This document shows positions 13,350 through 27,115 of a DNA stretch of 64,000 bases, in pieces; the first letter of the stretch is position 1; every line of letters starts with the position of its first letter. The notes under the pieces were generated by a model that saw nothing but the letters and a program-made list of their open reading frames with translations, ran no database searches and was not told the origin of the DNA. Location of the stretch: NCBI GenBank assembly GCA_051294905.1, contig CM119371.1, positions 39,992,001-40,056,000 on the forward strand, given 5' to 3'. The position numbers and the translations under genes were made by a program. Source of the DNA: Botryllus schlosseri. Taxonomy: Eukaryota.

Positions 13350-13784
13350 TTAATGAAATATTCCAAGGGTGTAGAGGCGTTCTTTCTGGCGACAGGGAAT
13401 CCACTTTCGCAGCTTTATGATCGTAGATTCTAGGACCTTAAAATGAAAAAGAGAACGGCCACGAGCAACTATAGAAAATTGACTGTCATTGTAATGATCA
13501 AGACATTCTGGATGGGATAAGAGATGCTGTCCAACAGCCGAATTACAAGCAGTAACTTGATCATAATCACGCAGTCTGTCAATAGACTGCGATGATGGAG
13601 TTGGAGAAACATTACTTATTCTAATTGGCCGTGGGATATGCTGGCGAATTCTTTGCTGCAAGCGCTGAGACGTGTGTCCTACATACCGACAGTCAAATCG
13701 GCACGTGTATTCATATATAATGTTGCTTTGATTTGTCGCAGGTAGCACATCCTTTCGCGTTGCAGGCATCAGAGATTTCGCCAT
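13350..13784 (-). pseudogene. GIY-YIG endonuclease fragment of Penelope-like element
   Basis: Motif match as above; strongly similar to the 26477-26968 protein. Confidence 0.85.
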
Positions 13785-14032
13785 GAAAATTGAACAGCAT
13801 CTCTTATCCCATTCAGAATGTGCTGATCATTACAATGACAGTCAATCATCTAAAGTTGCTCGTGGCCGTTCTCTTTTTCAAGGTCCTGGAATCTACGATC
13901 ATAAAACTGCGAAAGTCGATTCTCTGTCGCCAGAAGGGACGCCTTTACACCCTTGGAATATTTCATTAATCTTGTGTGCTGTGTTCTCGGTTATTTATAA
14001 CCGAATATGTGCTCGTTAACATTTGTTTTGTG

Positions 14033-14733
14033 CAGGGCTGGCCAACCTTTTCAGCCAAAGGGCCACATTTGATTGATGAATTTCTGCGCGGGCCATTATC
14101 CGCGCGAAGCGCGAATTCTTTTTAGAGTTCATATGTCAATAATATTGTCACTTGACTATATTGTGGGCCTGCTGTATATCGCTGGGCTAAGTTTCCGAGG
14201 ACTGGGCTATTCGGCGCATGGACATATCGATATCGAAAGCTGCGACCAACATGCGTCAATCATTTCGTGCCTAGGTTTCATAGTCGACGGTCTTACTGCG
14301 AGCTCAAACGCAAGGTCGCATATGTTGAAAGACACTTGTTCTCGTAATCGTGAATATAGTTAGACTGAATCTGATACATTGCGTGTTCTTCAATTTTCAC
14401 AAAAGGGCAACAATATTAAAAACAAGAAATCGAGTGACAACATATGGCGCTAAGCTTGTAAAAAATGTTTACCTCTGATAAATCTATCGCAAATTATTCT
14501 GCTTTATTGTAGTGTACGAAGATATACCAATATGTGAATGGTTGATGGATCTGTCAATGAGTCGAAACTGATATTTTAGTCATCACATCTCAGTGTTGCG
14601 GCCAGACCAATCAAATTTTTGGTTGTCCTTGCAAGTTCACAATCTGTGCAATCCAGTTTTGATGAGATTATAAATTTCGGAAATTACCTCGCGGGCCACA
14701 TGTGGCCCGCGGGCCACGGGTTGGCCGCCTCTG
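14033..14733. mobile_element. hAT-type MITE
   Basis: CAGGGCTGGCCAACC...GGTTGGCCGCCTCTG; TSD GTTTTGTG/GTTTTGTA. Confidence 0.85.
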
Positions 14734-14851
14734 GTTTTGTATCTTGCCTGTCTACTAGTTGTTTGTTTTTGTTATTATTACGCCATAGACATAAAATAGT
14801 TCTTACATTTCGAATTTGATTCACCCTATCACTAACGTTCGCTACTGATGG

Positions 14852-14990
14852 GCCGGGCATGGTATGGTATGGTATGGAACGAGAATTTTCCATACTCCAT
14901 ACTTGCCTTACTCGCTCCATACCATATTTGCAATTTTCCATACCATACCAACATTGTTCCATACCATACTTGATACATATTCCATACTTT
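14852..14990. repeat. CCATAC/TATGG subterminal-type array, probable MITE end
   Basis: (ATGGT)n followed by repeated CCATAC. It truncates the Penelope pLTR inside its ribozyme motif. Confidence 0.5.
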
Positions 14991-15369
14991 CAAATACTAA
15001 AATATCGTAAGTATATTTCCTATTCTAGGATGTCAATATTGCTTAAACTAGCCATGGTGCGAATCTAATTCCTGGTAATAGTTTTACAGAGTCTGTTTTG
15101 GTGAGGTTTAGTCCACGGTGGTGTGGTGCCGTGTAAGTCTACTCTATAGCTTCCGCGAGCAAAATGAGATAGTCAGCAGATTGTTATCTAGGACCGTCCG
15201 TAAAATGGACAGGTAACAACCCTTATGAATTGATATATCTTGGTGAATTTTGGGTACCGGACTTATGAAACGCTTTGAAATCTTAATTAAGGATTGCACC
15301 GTGAGTTAGTTGATCAGAGAGAAGCAAACATGGCTACGCCTGTATGACAATGCTGTTTTCAAATCCACA

Positions 15370-16790
15370 TGTCAGGAAATTTCGATGCTTGTGACCCAAA
15401 TGATGGTTCAGTACATAAAAACACTTATATGAGCAATTTTGGTCATCTTCGTCGTGATCTTCTATCCCCGAAAAGCCCCCAAAGATGCACGGGGCAATTC
15501 TCCTTACCGCTTGATCTGTAGTGTTGACGATGTCACCGGTTTATAGCTTTTGTGACGTTATCATTCGAAAACGGCCATGTAGAGACGAGATATTGCAATG
15601 AAATAGATATGTTTTCAAAATGTTATTCAAATGCAGTCCTGTAAAGGCCACATGCATCTCAGTTTTGCTCAGCAAAACCTCTCTGTCATGCTCATGGGAA
15701 TCATGTAGTAGTTGCACCATTGACATCGGCTTGATTTGGATCGTACATTGAAGAAGCACCATTGGGTTGCAATTCGTGAACAAATACTCTTATTCCCAGC
15801 TAGTTTTCAGCCATAAGGTATTATTCAAAGGTATGTAATGTCAGTAATACTTTTCCCAACTTCAAATCATCTGTAAAATACCGAGTTATCTTATTTTATG
15901 GTAGACTGCAATTTAGTTGAAGAAAAATGCCTGAAACAATGCATCAACACAATGTTCAGCGCTTGCCTTATAGATATTCTTGTCATATTCCATACGTTGG
16001 CAACCTCTTCAACAGTTAAAAGGACACAGTCCTGCGTTGTGGTAGTTTCGGGGCAATTTTCTTTTAGATATGGCAGATGAAGTAGAACCTCATCTAGAGT
16101 CGGTAACTTGGAGTGACTAATACACTCAGATAAATATCCGACGGAACAGGGACCAAAAAATCAGACCAAATAGTGGGCAGACCTGAATCTTGTTCATGGT
16201 TGGTCCGCAAAACCCATATCCGCTTTATTTAAGACATTTTTCTGCAACTAAATTGCAGTCTACCATAAAATAAGATAACTCGGTATTTTACAGATGATTT
16301 GAAGTTGTGAAAAGTAGTACTGACATTACATACCTTTGAATAATACCTTATGGCTGAAAACTAGCTGGGAATATCAGTATTTGTTCACGAATTGCAACCC
16401 AACGGCGCTTCTTCAATGTACGATCCAAAGCAAGCCGATGTCAATGGTGCAACCAATACATGATTCTCATGAGCATGATAGACAGGTTGTGCAGAGTGAA
16501 ATCGATATGCATGTGGCCTTAATAGGACTGCATTCAAGTACAATTTTGAAAACATGGCTATTTTATTGCAATATATTATATCGACACGGTCGTTTTCAAC
16601 TGATAACGTCACAAAGCTATAAACCGGTGTCGTGGTCAACATTACATATGCAGTAGTAAGGAGAACCCGTGGATCTTTTGGGGGTTCTCGGAGATAGAAG
16701 ATCACGATGAAGATGACTAAAATTGCCCATAAAAGTGTTTTTATGTTCTAAACCATCATTTTGGTCACAAGCATCGAAGTTTCCTGACAA
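15370..16790. repeat. Long inverted duplication (arms about 15370-15930 and 16232-16790)
   Basis: Arms are reverse-complementary with scattered substitutions, separated by a ~300-bp spacer. Confidence 0.9.
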
Positions 16791-17031
16791 TTTTTCAAAT
16801 CTGAACAACCCTTATGCACATGCAAGTTTGAAGTAAATACTCGCAAAATAATTAATAATATAGGCGCACACATAAAATATCCCAGCTACAGGCGATCAAT
16901 ACTGCAGCGATCTGCGTGATTATTATTACAACATGTGGTTGGTGTTATAGTGGCGAGAATTTCGAACTATGTCTATACCCCACTCCCTAATTTATAATCC
17001 TAATGGGAGAGCGTTTGAAATAGGCTATGAC

Positions 17032-17225
17032 CAATGTTCCCTCTAAGCTGCGCACGTGCGCAAATGCGCAGTGCTTTCACGGTATCTGCGCACAGAAAAT
17101 CTAAGTTGCGCACAAAAAATCCGAATTGATGACCGTTTCTTTAGTCGTCACGCACTGTTTTCCTAGGGTCTGCGCAGTGAGTTGGTTAGTGTGCGCAGAC
17201 TCATCAAAAATTAGAGGGAATATTG
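17032..17225. mobile_element. 194-bp hAT-type MITE (TGCGCA motifs)
   Basis: CAATGTTCCCTCTAA...TTAGAGGGAATATTG; perfect TSD GCTATGAC. Confidence 0.9.
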
Positions 17226-17350
17226 GCTATGACCAATAAGATATCTCGGTATGCAAATTGTATAAACGTGCGGAGCGGACAATGTTTCAGAAGAAATGTA
17301 ATTATCAATCGCATTGAGCAATTAGTACGTTGCATCATGATTGCTTGTGA

Positions 17351-17377
17351 CAGGGATATCTAGTCTAGATATCCCTG
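17351..17377. mobile_element. 27-bp TIR-only element
   Basis: CAGGGATATCTAG-T-CTAGATATCCCTG flanked by perfect 8-bp TSD GCTTGTGA. Confidence 0.85.
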
Positions 17378-17683
17378 GCTTGTGAGCTGTCGTCACTAAA
17401 GGAATGAGGTATAGTTGGAGTTGTCTAAACTGCCAATTATTGCGTCACATGATATAGACTATGCTCGGAGACGTCGTGTCTAGACTCAATAGAATATCAG
17501 ATCAACATTACTGTTGTCATTATTATATCAAAAAAATCATGTCATTTCAAGTGCTCCTAAAACCGTTGCACAAGCGCGTATTTGTACCTATATATCGTTC
17601 AATAGTTCATGTTCACACATAGCAAAAGCGGTCGTATTGAGTGAGCAGCGATCAACGTACGATTCATGAAGCTTGCACAGATC

Positions 17684-19703
17684 CAGACATGGGGTGATTA
17701 CTTCATGAATGTAATCGATTGCGATTACGATTACTTCGGAATCACGCGATTACGATTACGATTACGATTACAGCAAAATCAGGAAGTAGTCGATTACGAT
17801 TACGATTACATTGGAAAAGTAATCACGATTACTCACGATTACATTTATTTTGCATCTTAGTAGTTATATTTGAAGACAATACATGGATTGCGCTGAAAAG
17901 GCCTAACGAGATAACATATTTCTTAAAAACAGCCGCGACATTTGCTTGTTACGTCACAATGCACATATTGCCCATTTTATAAAGGACGATTTATCGCACC
18001 CAATGATTTGCATTATTGCCAGGTCCACAACTGCTGCACCTTAAATTCTCCAATAGGGTGGGGAGCGTGCTCGGAGGCGACTCAAGAGTATTTCGTGAAC
18101 CAACATAAATTATAGCGTATCCTCGACAGATTTCATTAACTTGAAAATTCTCTTTGAGCTTTGCCATTTAAATGTCTCTAGATAGCTTGATTTCGAAATG
18201 CAAACGTCTCCCCTCAAGAAATAAAGGATGCATAACTCATAGTAATAGGCATTATGGTGCCAGTCAATACCGCGCCCCGACACACCAAAATACATATGCA
18301 GTTTAGGCCAACATGCGACTCTACGAAGTGTGCTATCAAAGAAAGACGTTGGTGGAAATTTGGGGTATGTGTCCATTGTCGATAGCCGCGCTGGGTGGGC
18401 GTGACTAACAGTCCGGTCCTTCCAATCTGAGCCCACGATGCAAATGCCACGCAGGCACCCACAGAGCATTAGTCATGACAATTTGTGTGTGCGTCTCACG
18501 AAAGTTTTTCTTCTAGTCTGCTAAGTTTGGGCCACTACAATATCTTTTGTCTATATAACAGACCGGAGGTCACGAATTAACAACATGCACTACAGTAATT
18601 ATTGCAAGATACCAGATGTTATAATTATGGATTACGCGCCCCCTGCTCTTCAGGTAAGTCTGACCATCGGAGGCTGAGATAGGAATAAAAATGTAATATA
18701 ATGCAATTACCGATGTTACTGACGAAATTAAATCTTCAAGTTACAAATTGACTACCCTTTGGGGGCCCAAGACCAACGTTTGGAGAGGAGGACGATTTTG
18801 CTGTTTTGATCCTGATTCTAGCTACAACCCACGCTAACATGGTATATAAGCCGATGGCTATGGCGGCAGGTCCAAATCTTCAGTAAAGAATTGTGAAATA
18901 GCAATTGACGCCCGTTTTGAGTAGAATAATATGAGAATAAGAGCAGGTGAAAATAAAATTCTGCCTTCAACTTAATACAGATAATGTAATGCAAGCTGTC
19001 ATTACGAGAAACGGCAAGAAAACGGCGTGGTTATGATATGTATCAGCAACTGTTGATTTTTAATGCTTTGTTGTGGAAACCGTAATATTTTATTTGATGA
19101 GTACAAAATTTCAAATCTTTGTCTGGTGTACGTTCGTACCAGCACATAGGCCTACTGCTCGCCAAGCAGCAACGGTCAAATTGCGTTCAACTAAGCATAA
19201 CCAAACATCAATACAAAAGTTGCTATTTTAAACTAGGCAGAGAAGTGACTAATTATCCTGCAGCGAGGTAGTGGCGTCTGAAATATATTGATAACCCGAT
19301 ATACTGAACGGTGGGTGTTTTACAATCACACTAATGTACATCGACTATCTATTTACTATAAGTGTGGAATGTGGATACTTCTTACGCAAAGACGAGCACA
19401 GCTAATAAGCTACTTCTGACGTAATAATGAGCAATGGCATTTGAAAATCAGACGTTTGTGACTCAATAACTGGTATAATATCTCTTGCTTGTTAACGAAT
19501 GTTCAGTTTATGTCACAGTCGTCGTACAAATAAAAAGTAATCGTTCTTTCACAAAGAAATCGATTAAATATGCGAAGTAGTCGATTACGATTACGATTAC
19601 TTCGACATTTTTTCAAATGTAATCGATTGCGATTACGATTACTTGAAAATGCTGTAATCGTCGTAATCGATTACGATTACTAATCGCGATTACCCCATGT
19701 CTG
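17684..19703. mobile_element. TIR element with GATTAC subterminal arrays
   Basis: CAGACATGGGGT...ACCCCATGTCTG with (GATTAC)n at both ends. TSD not evident. Confidence 0.8.
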
Positions 19704-20774
19704 GTGTCAATCATCATCAAATCTCTGCATTTATTGGAAAAGTCCCGTATCCCGATAATCATCACGTCTCTGCATGCGGTATAATTACTCAGTTTTGATG
19801 TAGTCTATCCGCGCACACATGTAATAATCGACATGGCCGAATCAAGCACCTGACCGAATCTTACCGTAAGATAGATAAGAATAAGAGATGCTAAGAGATG
19901 CTCCCAGACGTCATTGCACCATCACAATACCAAACTCACATACAATGCAACATTCGAAGCTTATTTTGGGGAGTTCCAGGACCACGAACAGAATGAATTT
20001 ATATTTTCGCAATCAGTACCGCGGTAACTTTCGATTGATACTCGTTTTATAAAATTTAGGCTGATGCAGGACAAGCCGGGCAAAAATTACCGTCAAATTG
20101 CCTTCGACCGAATGGAAAGTGTGACGTACACCAATTTCACTAAGCCGTGAGATTTGCCTGTGACCACACCATATAGGACACCATGGTTTGTTGCGTCCAT
20201 GGTTGTACCAAGTCACGGCATTCCGAATCACAAAAGCCCTTCTCTGTTTGTAACGTTTGACGTGACGAGTACGAGTAATTCTACAGAGGGTCGCGCTCAA
20301 GTCCAAATCACAATTTTCAGTCATGAATCATCAACGGGTCATGTTTTACCATATTAAGCAAGTAATCTCACGTAATAGTTGATCTTCCACTGAGTGGTAA
20401 CTGAGTGGAAACTGATGTATTAGTGTGAAGTTTGATGAGTAGTTTCAGGCTTCTGGAGTAGTTTAAGAGCGAATTTTAAGGTCTCAAAAATTGGTAGTAA
20501 ATATTGTCGAATACTTCGAAATCCAAAATGACGTCGTGGGCTGCGCAAAATGGTCTCGCGGGCCGCGTGTTTGAGACCTCTGACTTAAAGTCTATTGACA
20601 AACGGGGATTATTTAACACAGGGATGGTGTGAACGTGAGGTACAGGTTCGCTTTATTTGTAAGAACCTTGTATATTTGGAGGTTGACCTTGGCAAACGCA
20701 CATTTGGTAGGTTCTGCACTGTGAGCCATTCCCATATGCTACAATGTTTAATTGAAATTCTTCGCATTTTAACG

Positions 20775-22913
20775 CAATGTTGGGATCAAGTCATTACCTT
20801 CGAGTCACGAGTCATTTCGAGTCATTGCACATTTTGACTCAAGTCAAGTCAAGTCATTCGATTTTTAGAGGTGTCAAGTCACGAGTCAAGTCGAGTCAAG
20901 TGAAGTCACGAGTCAAGTCGCAATTCAAGTCAAGTTGCCTTTTTGAAGAATAAGGCATGATTACGTCATTGCATTTTGCTAGCTGTCTGAATAATGCAGA
21001 TTAAGTGGTCATTGATTTTGAACCAGTGAACGAATATATACTTAAATTTACATGCATGAAGGCGCGGTATCGCTGCTGTATTGCTTACATATACGTAGCA
21101 CTGCTAAACTACGAAAGTAATTGCACAGCTTCAGTTTATAGCTACCGGCCAAAATAGAGAAACGAATTGATAAGATGCACTACATTACCCATTTACAAAT
21201 TGATATGATACAATGCGAGCCTACGCCAATGTTTGAGGACCATATAAGCCAGAGGTCTAAAACACGCGGCCCGCGGGCCGCATGCGGCCCGCGACGACAT
21301 TTTGGATTTTTATTAATTTGACAATATATAAGTGTCACATATATCTTTTCAGGTTATAAAGTGAATATTCCCTCTTAAATTACCCCGAAAGCCTGAAACT
21401 ATTCATCAAACATCACATCAGTATCACATCAATTGCAAACGGTGCCGCAGTGGAAGATTCACTATTTCGCCACATTTCCAATTCATTTTGACAAAACCTG
21501 ACCCTTAGACGATTCGTGACTGAAATTTGTGATTTGGACTTGGACGCGACCTTTTTTAGAATTACTCGGATTCGGGCTAACTCGATGGCGAAATGAAAAT
21601 GACTCGAGTGGACTCGAAATACCGTGAATTTGTTAGAACCATGGACGCAACAAACTAGTCGCGTCAAGGGGAATAGCAATAGATCAGAAGGTCACAGATT
21701 GGTATTTTGCTAACTAAGCAAGTAGTTTTGGCAACCATTGGCAATCTGTTAGTTACATCTTTGGTCGCTAAACCATATTATTAGGGTCACTCAAAGGTTC
21801 CGATAGTACCGTAGTGGTACGCTCCAACGATGTAACAACAATGGGTGTTCGACGTTCCGACATTTCAATCACAGCAATATATTTATATCATATTTATATT
21901 TTTCCTGCTCCTATTATGGAAGATATTTGGCCATGAGATTAATAGCCTACTTATCAGAAGTATACCCGAATCCTGGATTGGAATTACAATGATCAACCCA
22001 AAAATGTTTTGATATCAGATCAGTCTCTATTATCAATCTGTTAAATTCAAAATATTCACAGTTATAGCTGCAAAATTATAACCCGGTAGCTTTTATGATG
22101 GCATCATACGTTTGTCCGTTCATATGGTGTCTATATCTTATAATTAATATATATTATGTTTAATCATTGAGTTGAGTACAGCAACAATTCTATTCAAATA
22201 GTTTTAAATGTGATGATTCTTTTCGTGTCATGCCTAAATTGATACATTTTGACGATGTGTGTTTACTGTCAGTCTGGTGGATCGGCTCACTTTCAATAGG
22301 ACAATTCATTCCCGCCAAATAAGGCCTACTTGGAAAGACATAGAATACCCCTATAAATGATGCGGCCCGCGGCGTCGTCAGAACTGGAAAACTGGCCCGC
22401 GAGCACATTTGAGTTTGAGACCTCTGATATAAACTATATTCGAACTCGATTTCAATAAAACAAGAGGTTTGGTTAAGGTAAGAATAGAAAATATACATAG
22501 ACATTTTGTTATTGAAATACTTCACTATACTATAGTTTACAACAACGTATGCTGTAAGTCTGGATTACTTCGTTTGCGGTCAATTTATTTGTGAGAGAAC
22601 AGTGAAGGCTTAGTAAAACGCATGATCACTGAATGATTGGTTGCTCTCACGGGTTATACCAGCGGTTCGCAAACAATCCGAACATATGCAAGATACAATG
22701 ATTTTTATCGACATCGATTACTTGATGACTTGAAATTGAATCGTGAATTTTGCTCCGAGTCACGATGAGTCAATCCACGTTTCTGATACGCATAGTGAAG
22801 TCAAGTCAAGTCAAGTCATTTTAGCCAAGTGACTCGAGTCAAGTCTAGTCATATGAAAAAGATGACTCACGTCTGACTCGAGTCAAGTCATGACTCGAGT
22901 CATCCCAACACTG
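20775..22913. mobile_element. GACTCGAG-family hAT MITE with nested MITE
   Basis: CAATGTTGGGATC...ATCCCAACACTG; decayed TSD TTTTAACG/TGTCAACG. Homologous to 55469-56308. Confidence 0.85.
21250..22426. mobile_element. hAT-type MITE (nested)
   Basis: CAGAGGTCT...AGACCTCTG; TSD ATATAAGC/ATATAAAC. A related end lies at about 20410-20582. Confidence 0.85.
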
Positions 22914-23625
22914 TGTCAACGCCGGACCACTCTATGCGAGGCGCTAGCAGCTTATAAAAATCATCACTAATCGAGCATGCACCCTTGCTAATCTCAAAAA
23001 TTTTGCATGCGCCCTCACAGAATTTTAATTGAAAAAATCAGATTTCCGTTCGTGAATACTTAATGCTGTGAGCCTGGTCCGCAATCACACAACATCATGG
23101 AAAAATACACTAGGCTACTATATCAGTAATCAGCGAATGATACTTATTTAACCAATCAATGAAACTGAAATAAAATCAAGCAGACGTACGTGATCCATCT
23201 TGATTTGACATATTCGATTTGAAATACAGGGTTGAATTAGCAATATGATGTCGCGTGACGTCATATCCACACATTCGCGTTCACACAGAACCTAACGAAA
23301 ATTTTCGCGTACACATCAACCTCAACTTTCCAGGGGTACGCGCCATCCTGGAAAGTACGCATCAAAATAATCTGGACTTTTAACGTAACTGATTGCTATA
23401 ATCTATTCGTATCTTTACAATAAACGGTGTAGGTGTACCTAGATAAACTATACTTATATCTATAGCACATATGCAATGCGCTAGTTAATAGCCCTTTCAC
23501 GAAATGCGAATACGACAATAGTAGACGCCGGCTATTGAATGAATGGTGACACCTGACACGCGAGAAATACAACAATGGATGCACGCTTAGGTGACGCTGC
23601 CAACTATTGTTCATTCCGTCGCTAT

Positions 23626-24052
23626 CAGAGATGAGCGGATTTGAAATTTCTATGTCTTAATCCAATCCAAATCCGAACCTTCAAATCCAAATCCAAATCC
23701 TAATCCATAATTTTTTCATATTAAAGTCCATGTCCAATCCTAATCCGATTCCAACTGGAAATTCAGAAAAAATACTAATTTATGCAATGGAGTGATTCGA
23801 AAATTTTCTTTCACAACCAACGATTCACTTGATTCAAGATAACTTAGTAACCATAAGTACATTAATAACTGATCTGAATAAAGTTTGTCGCCATTCGCCA
23901 CACGACATTTCAATCTCCCTGAAGATAGGTAAATCCAATCCAAATCCTAATCCGTTCCAAAAAAAATGTCTAATCCAAATCCAATCCAAATCCGACAAAA
24001 TTTCACAAATCCTGTTTTTTCAAAACCTAATCCTAATCCATGCTCATCTCTG
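23626..24052. mobile_element. hAT-type MITE with AATCC arrays
   Basis: CAGAGATGAGC...GCTCATCTCTG; perfect TSD GTCGCTAT. Confidence 0.9.
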
Positions 24053-24330
24053 GTCGCTATCGGAGATTGAGAGAGAAATGAACAACTAAACATTATCGAG
24101 TCACATACGCAATGAGATACACTTACACTATTAGTATCAATATCAAAATATAATATGGCGATATTGTGGCATTGGATCAGTACAAACAAATCCTTGCACT
24201 CTTAACTTCGTGAGATACAATTTTACAGTACAGTATTCGTCAAAGACTTTCACATACTTGAAGAGACTCTGTGGGGTACAGAACTTTAATATACATTTTA
24301 ATAATATATTCATAGTGAAAATATATTAAA

Positions 24331-24375
24331 ACCCGAAGCTTTTCGAGCTGACACTTTTCAAGGGCAATCGTCAGC
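24331..24375 (-). ncRNA. Minimal type I hammerhead ribozyme (U3:A8 core variant)
   Basis: Exact reverse complement of 27071-27115. Confidence 0.8.
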
Positions 24376-24477
24376 AAATGAAGAATTTCAAAAACATGCA
24401 TCTAGCTACATTGCATACAACCAATTATGACGTCATAGAAACAAACAACATGAAATACAGGCAAACCGCGAGCGCAG

Positions 24478-25986
24478 CTATTGGCCAATTTTCAGATTCA
24501 CTAAAAATTCCTTCTGCTGACACAAGCGCGGTCGGTGGATTTTAATATAAGTCGATTCCAGTGCGGACAGATGGAAATTAGTGCGGCCTCTGCCTAATAT
24601 AGAAAATCTTTCATCGCAATAGTTTTTAGCGCAAGTTGCATTCTCAGCCAAATGCTTGCCGATGGCAGAGTTCATAGCCATGGCCTGATTACGTTCTAGT
24701 AATCGCAGATCAGTTACGGCTGCGTCTTCGCGAGAGTCCAGTGTGCGTGATCTAATAACGCTCGGAACATGTTGTTAGATGCGTTCCTGCAAACGCTGAG
24801 TTGTTCTTCCCACGTACCGACAATCACAGTGGCACTTGAAATCATAGACTATATTGCTTTGTTGAGAAGCAGGAAGAACATCTTTGCGCGTTGCGGGAAG
24901 CAATTGTTTGGTGGTAAACACAACATTAGTTTTTACGTTATCGTAACAACGATTTACAGCAGAAATCAATTGCTTTTCAAACCGGGAAGAGATGGGGCCC
25001 AGCCACGGTAAATGTATATATACATTTTCCTCAGACCGTGTGTTCGTGTTTTGTGATTTGTTGGGATTGAAATTCCTGAGTTTTCTGTCAACAGAACTCT
25101 TGATGATGTGTTCGGGGTACCCGTTATCCATTAGAATTTTGCGGATATATTCTAGCTCCGCGTTTAATTTTTCCTCCGAACAAATCATCAAGGCTCTGTG
25201 CACCAACGTGCCAATCAAATTTAGTTTACGGCGATTTAGGCTAAAAGAATTCCAGCGTATATAATGCCCTGTAAACGTTGGCTTTTTGTAAATCGAAGTG
25301 ACAAAGCTAATACCCCGTTTTTCCACTAGAACGTCTAAGAATGGTAACGAGTTAGCACGCTCTTTTTCAAATGTGAATTTTAAAGACGAGTGTAGAGAAT
25401 TCAAGTTATCAAAAAAGTCATCGAACTCCGTCTCATTTTGACGGATAACGAAAGTGTCGTCGACATAGCGACGGTACATGAATGGAGGCTTGGTTTCATC
25501 TGCCGCGAAAAGTCTGTTTTCATGGAATCCCACAAATATATTGGCTAAAATCGGGCCAAGAGGGCTACCCATAGCTACACCGTCGGTTTGCATGTAGATG
25601 GTATCGTTAAAACTCAACTCAACAGAGCAAGTAGCCGTATTAAGAAGTTCAACGAACACTTTACGCGAGAAGGAAGGTGGTGCTAAATCACCACCACCAT
25701 ATAGCGCGTCCGCACAGATATCAATGGTCTCCTTCAGCGGCACGTTCGTGAAGAGGCTAACGATCTCATATGAACCGAGAAACATATTCGAGTTTGGAAG
25801 GTCGGTTGTTTTCATCTCGTGCGCGAATGTAAACGAATCAGCGACGCAATGCGAATCATACATGGAACGCACTGGCTCCAAAATACCGATAAGCTACTTC
25901 GCGAGCTTGTGCTGCACCGATCCAATCATAGAAAGAATTGGTCGAACGGGCACGTTGGTTTTATGAGTTTTCGGCAGTCCGTACAT
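24478..25986 (-). pseudogene. Penelope RT-GIY-YIG ORF, 5'-truncated, two nonsense mutations
   Basis: YGLPKTHK, SLFTNVP, GVAMGSPLGP, RYVDD, LPFLDV, IYKKPT, NIVY..C.C..YVGRT. Stops TAG (25894-25896) and TAA (24775-24777) read TGG and AAA in the other arm. Confidence 0.95.
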
Positions 25987-26054
25987 AAGACTCTTTGGGG
26001 TACAGAACTTTAATATACATTTTAATAATATATTCATAGTGAAAATATATTAAA

Positions 26055-26099
26055 ACCCGAAGCTTTTCGAGCTGACACTTTTCGAGGGCAATCGTCAGC
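26055..26099 (-). ncRNA. Hammerhead motif copy with U4>C core change
   Basis: As 24331-24375, but the core reads TCGAAAA. Confidence 0.7.
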
Positions 26100-26109
26100 A
26101 AATGAAGAG

Positions 26110-26968
26110 CTGTACGGACTGCCGAAAACTCATAAAACCAACGTGCCCGTTCGACCAATTCTTTCTATGATTGGATCGGCGCAGCACAAGCTCGCGAAGT
26201 GGCTTATCGGTATTTTGGAGCCAGTGCGTTCCATGTATGATTCGCATTGCGTCGCTGATTCGTTTACATTCTCGCACGAGATGAAAACAACCGACCTTCC
26301 AAACTCGAATACGTTTCTCGGTTCATATGATATCGTTAGCCTCTTCACGAACGTGCCGCTGAAGGAGACCATTGATATCTGTGCGGACGCGCTGTATGGT
26401 GGTGGTGATTTAGCACCACCTTCCTTCTCGCGTAAAGTGTTACGCTGGCCCCATCTCTTCCTGGTTTGAAAAGCAATTGATTTTTGCTGTAAATCGTTGT
26501 TACGATAACGTAAAAACTAATGTTGTGTTTACCACCAAACAATTGCTTCCCGCAACGCGCAAAGATGTTCTTCCTGCTTCTCAACAAAGCAATATAGTCT
26601 ATGATTTCAAGTGCCACTGTGATTGTCGGTACGTGGGAAGAACAACTCAGCGCTTGCAGGAACGCATCAAACAACATGTTCCGAGCGTTATTAGATCACG
26701 CACACTGGACTCTCGCGAAGACGCAGCCGTAACTGATCTGCGATTACTAGAACGTAATCAGGCCATGGCTATGAACTCTGCCATCGGCAAGCATTTGGCT
26801 GAGAATGCAACTTGCGCTAAAAACTATTGCGATGAAAGATTTTCTATATTAGGCAGAGGCCGCACTAATTTCCATCAGTCCGCACTGGAATCGACTTATA
26901 TTAAAATCCACCGACCGCGCTTGTGTCAGCAGAAGGAATTTTTAGTGAATCTGAAAATTGGCCACTAG
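26110..26968 (+). pseudogene. Penelope RT N-fragment joined to GIY-YIG by ~650-bp internal deletion
   Basis: Near-identical to the minus arm. It jumps from FSRKV (about 26440) to the sequence matching about 25000, removing YVDD. Confidence 0.92.
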
Positions 26969-27070
26969 CTGCGCTCGCGGTTTGCCTGTATTTCATGTTG
27001 TTTGTTTCTATGACGTCATAATTGGTTGTATGCAATGTAGCTAGATGCATGTTTTTGAAATTCTTCATTT

Positions 27071-27115
27071 GCTGACGATTGCCCTTGAAAAGTGTCAGCT
27101 CGAAAAGCTTCGGGT
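27071..27115 (+). ncRNA. Minimal type I hammerhead ribozyme (U3:A8 core variant)
   Basis: GCTGAC-GATT-GCCC-TTGAAAA-GTGTCAGCTC-GAAA-AGCT-TC-GGGT; predicted cleavage after UUC at 27111. Confidence 0.8.

Larger units (their letters stand above)
11750..14850. mobile_element. Penelope-like element 1: inverted pair of 3' fragments (GIY-YIG + pLTR), interrupted by two MITEs
   Basis: Minus-strand ORF 13350-13784 contains NIIYEYTC..C.YVGHT...R..QH...LES..I. An inverted partial copy starts near 13792 on +. The 3' UTR arms 11830-12016 and 13965-14850 are reverse complements once the MITEs are removed. Confidence 0.88.
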
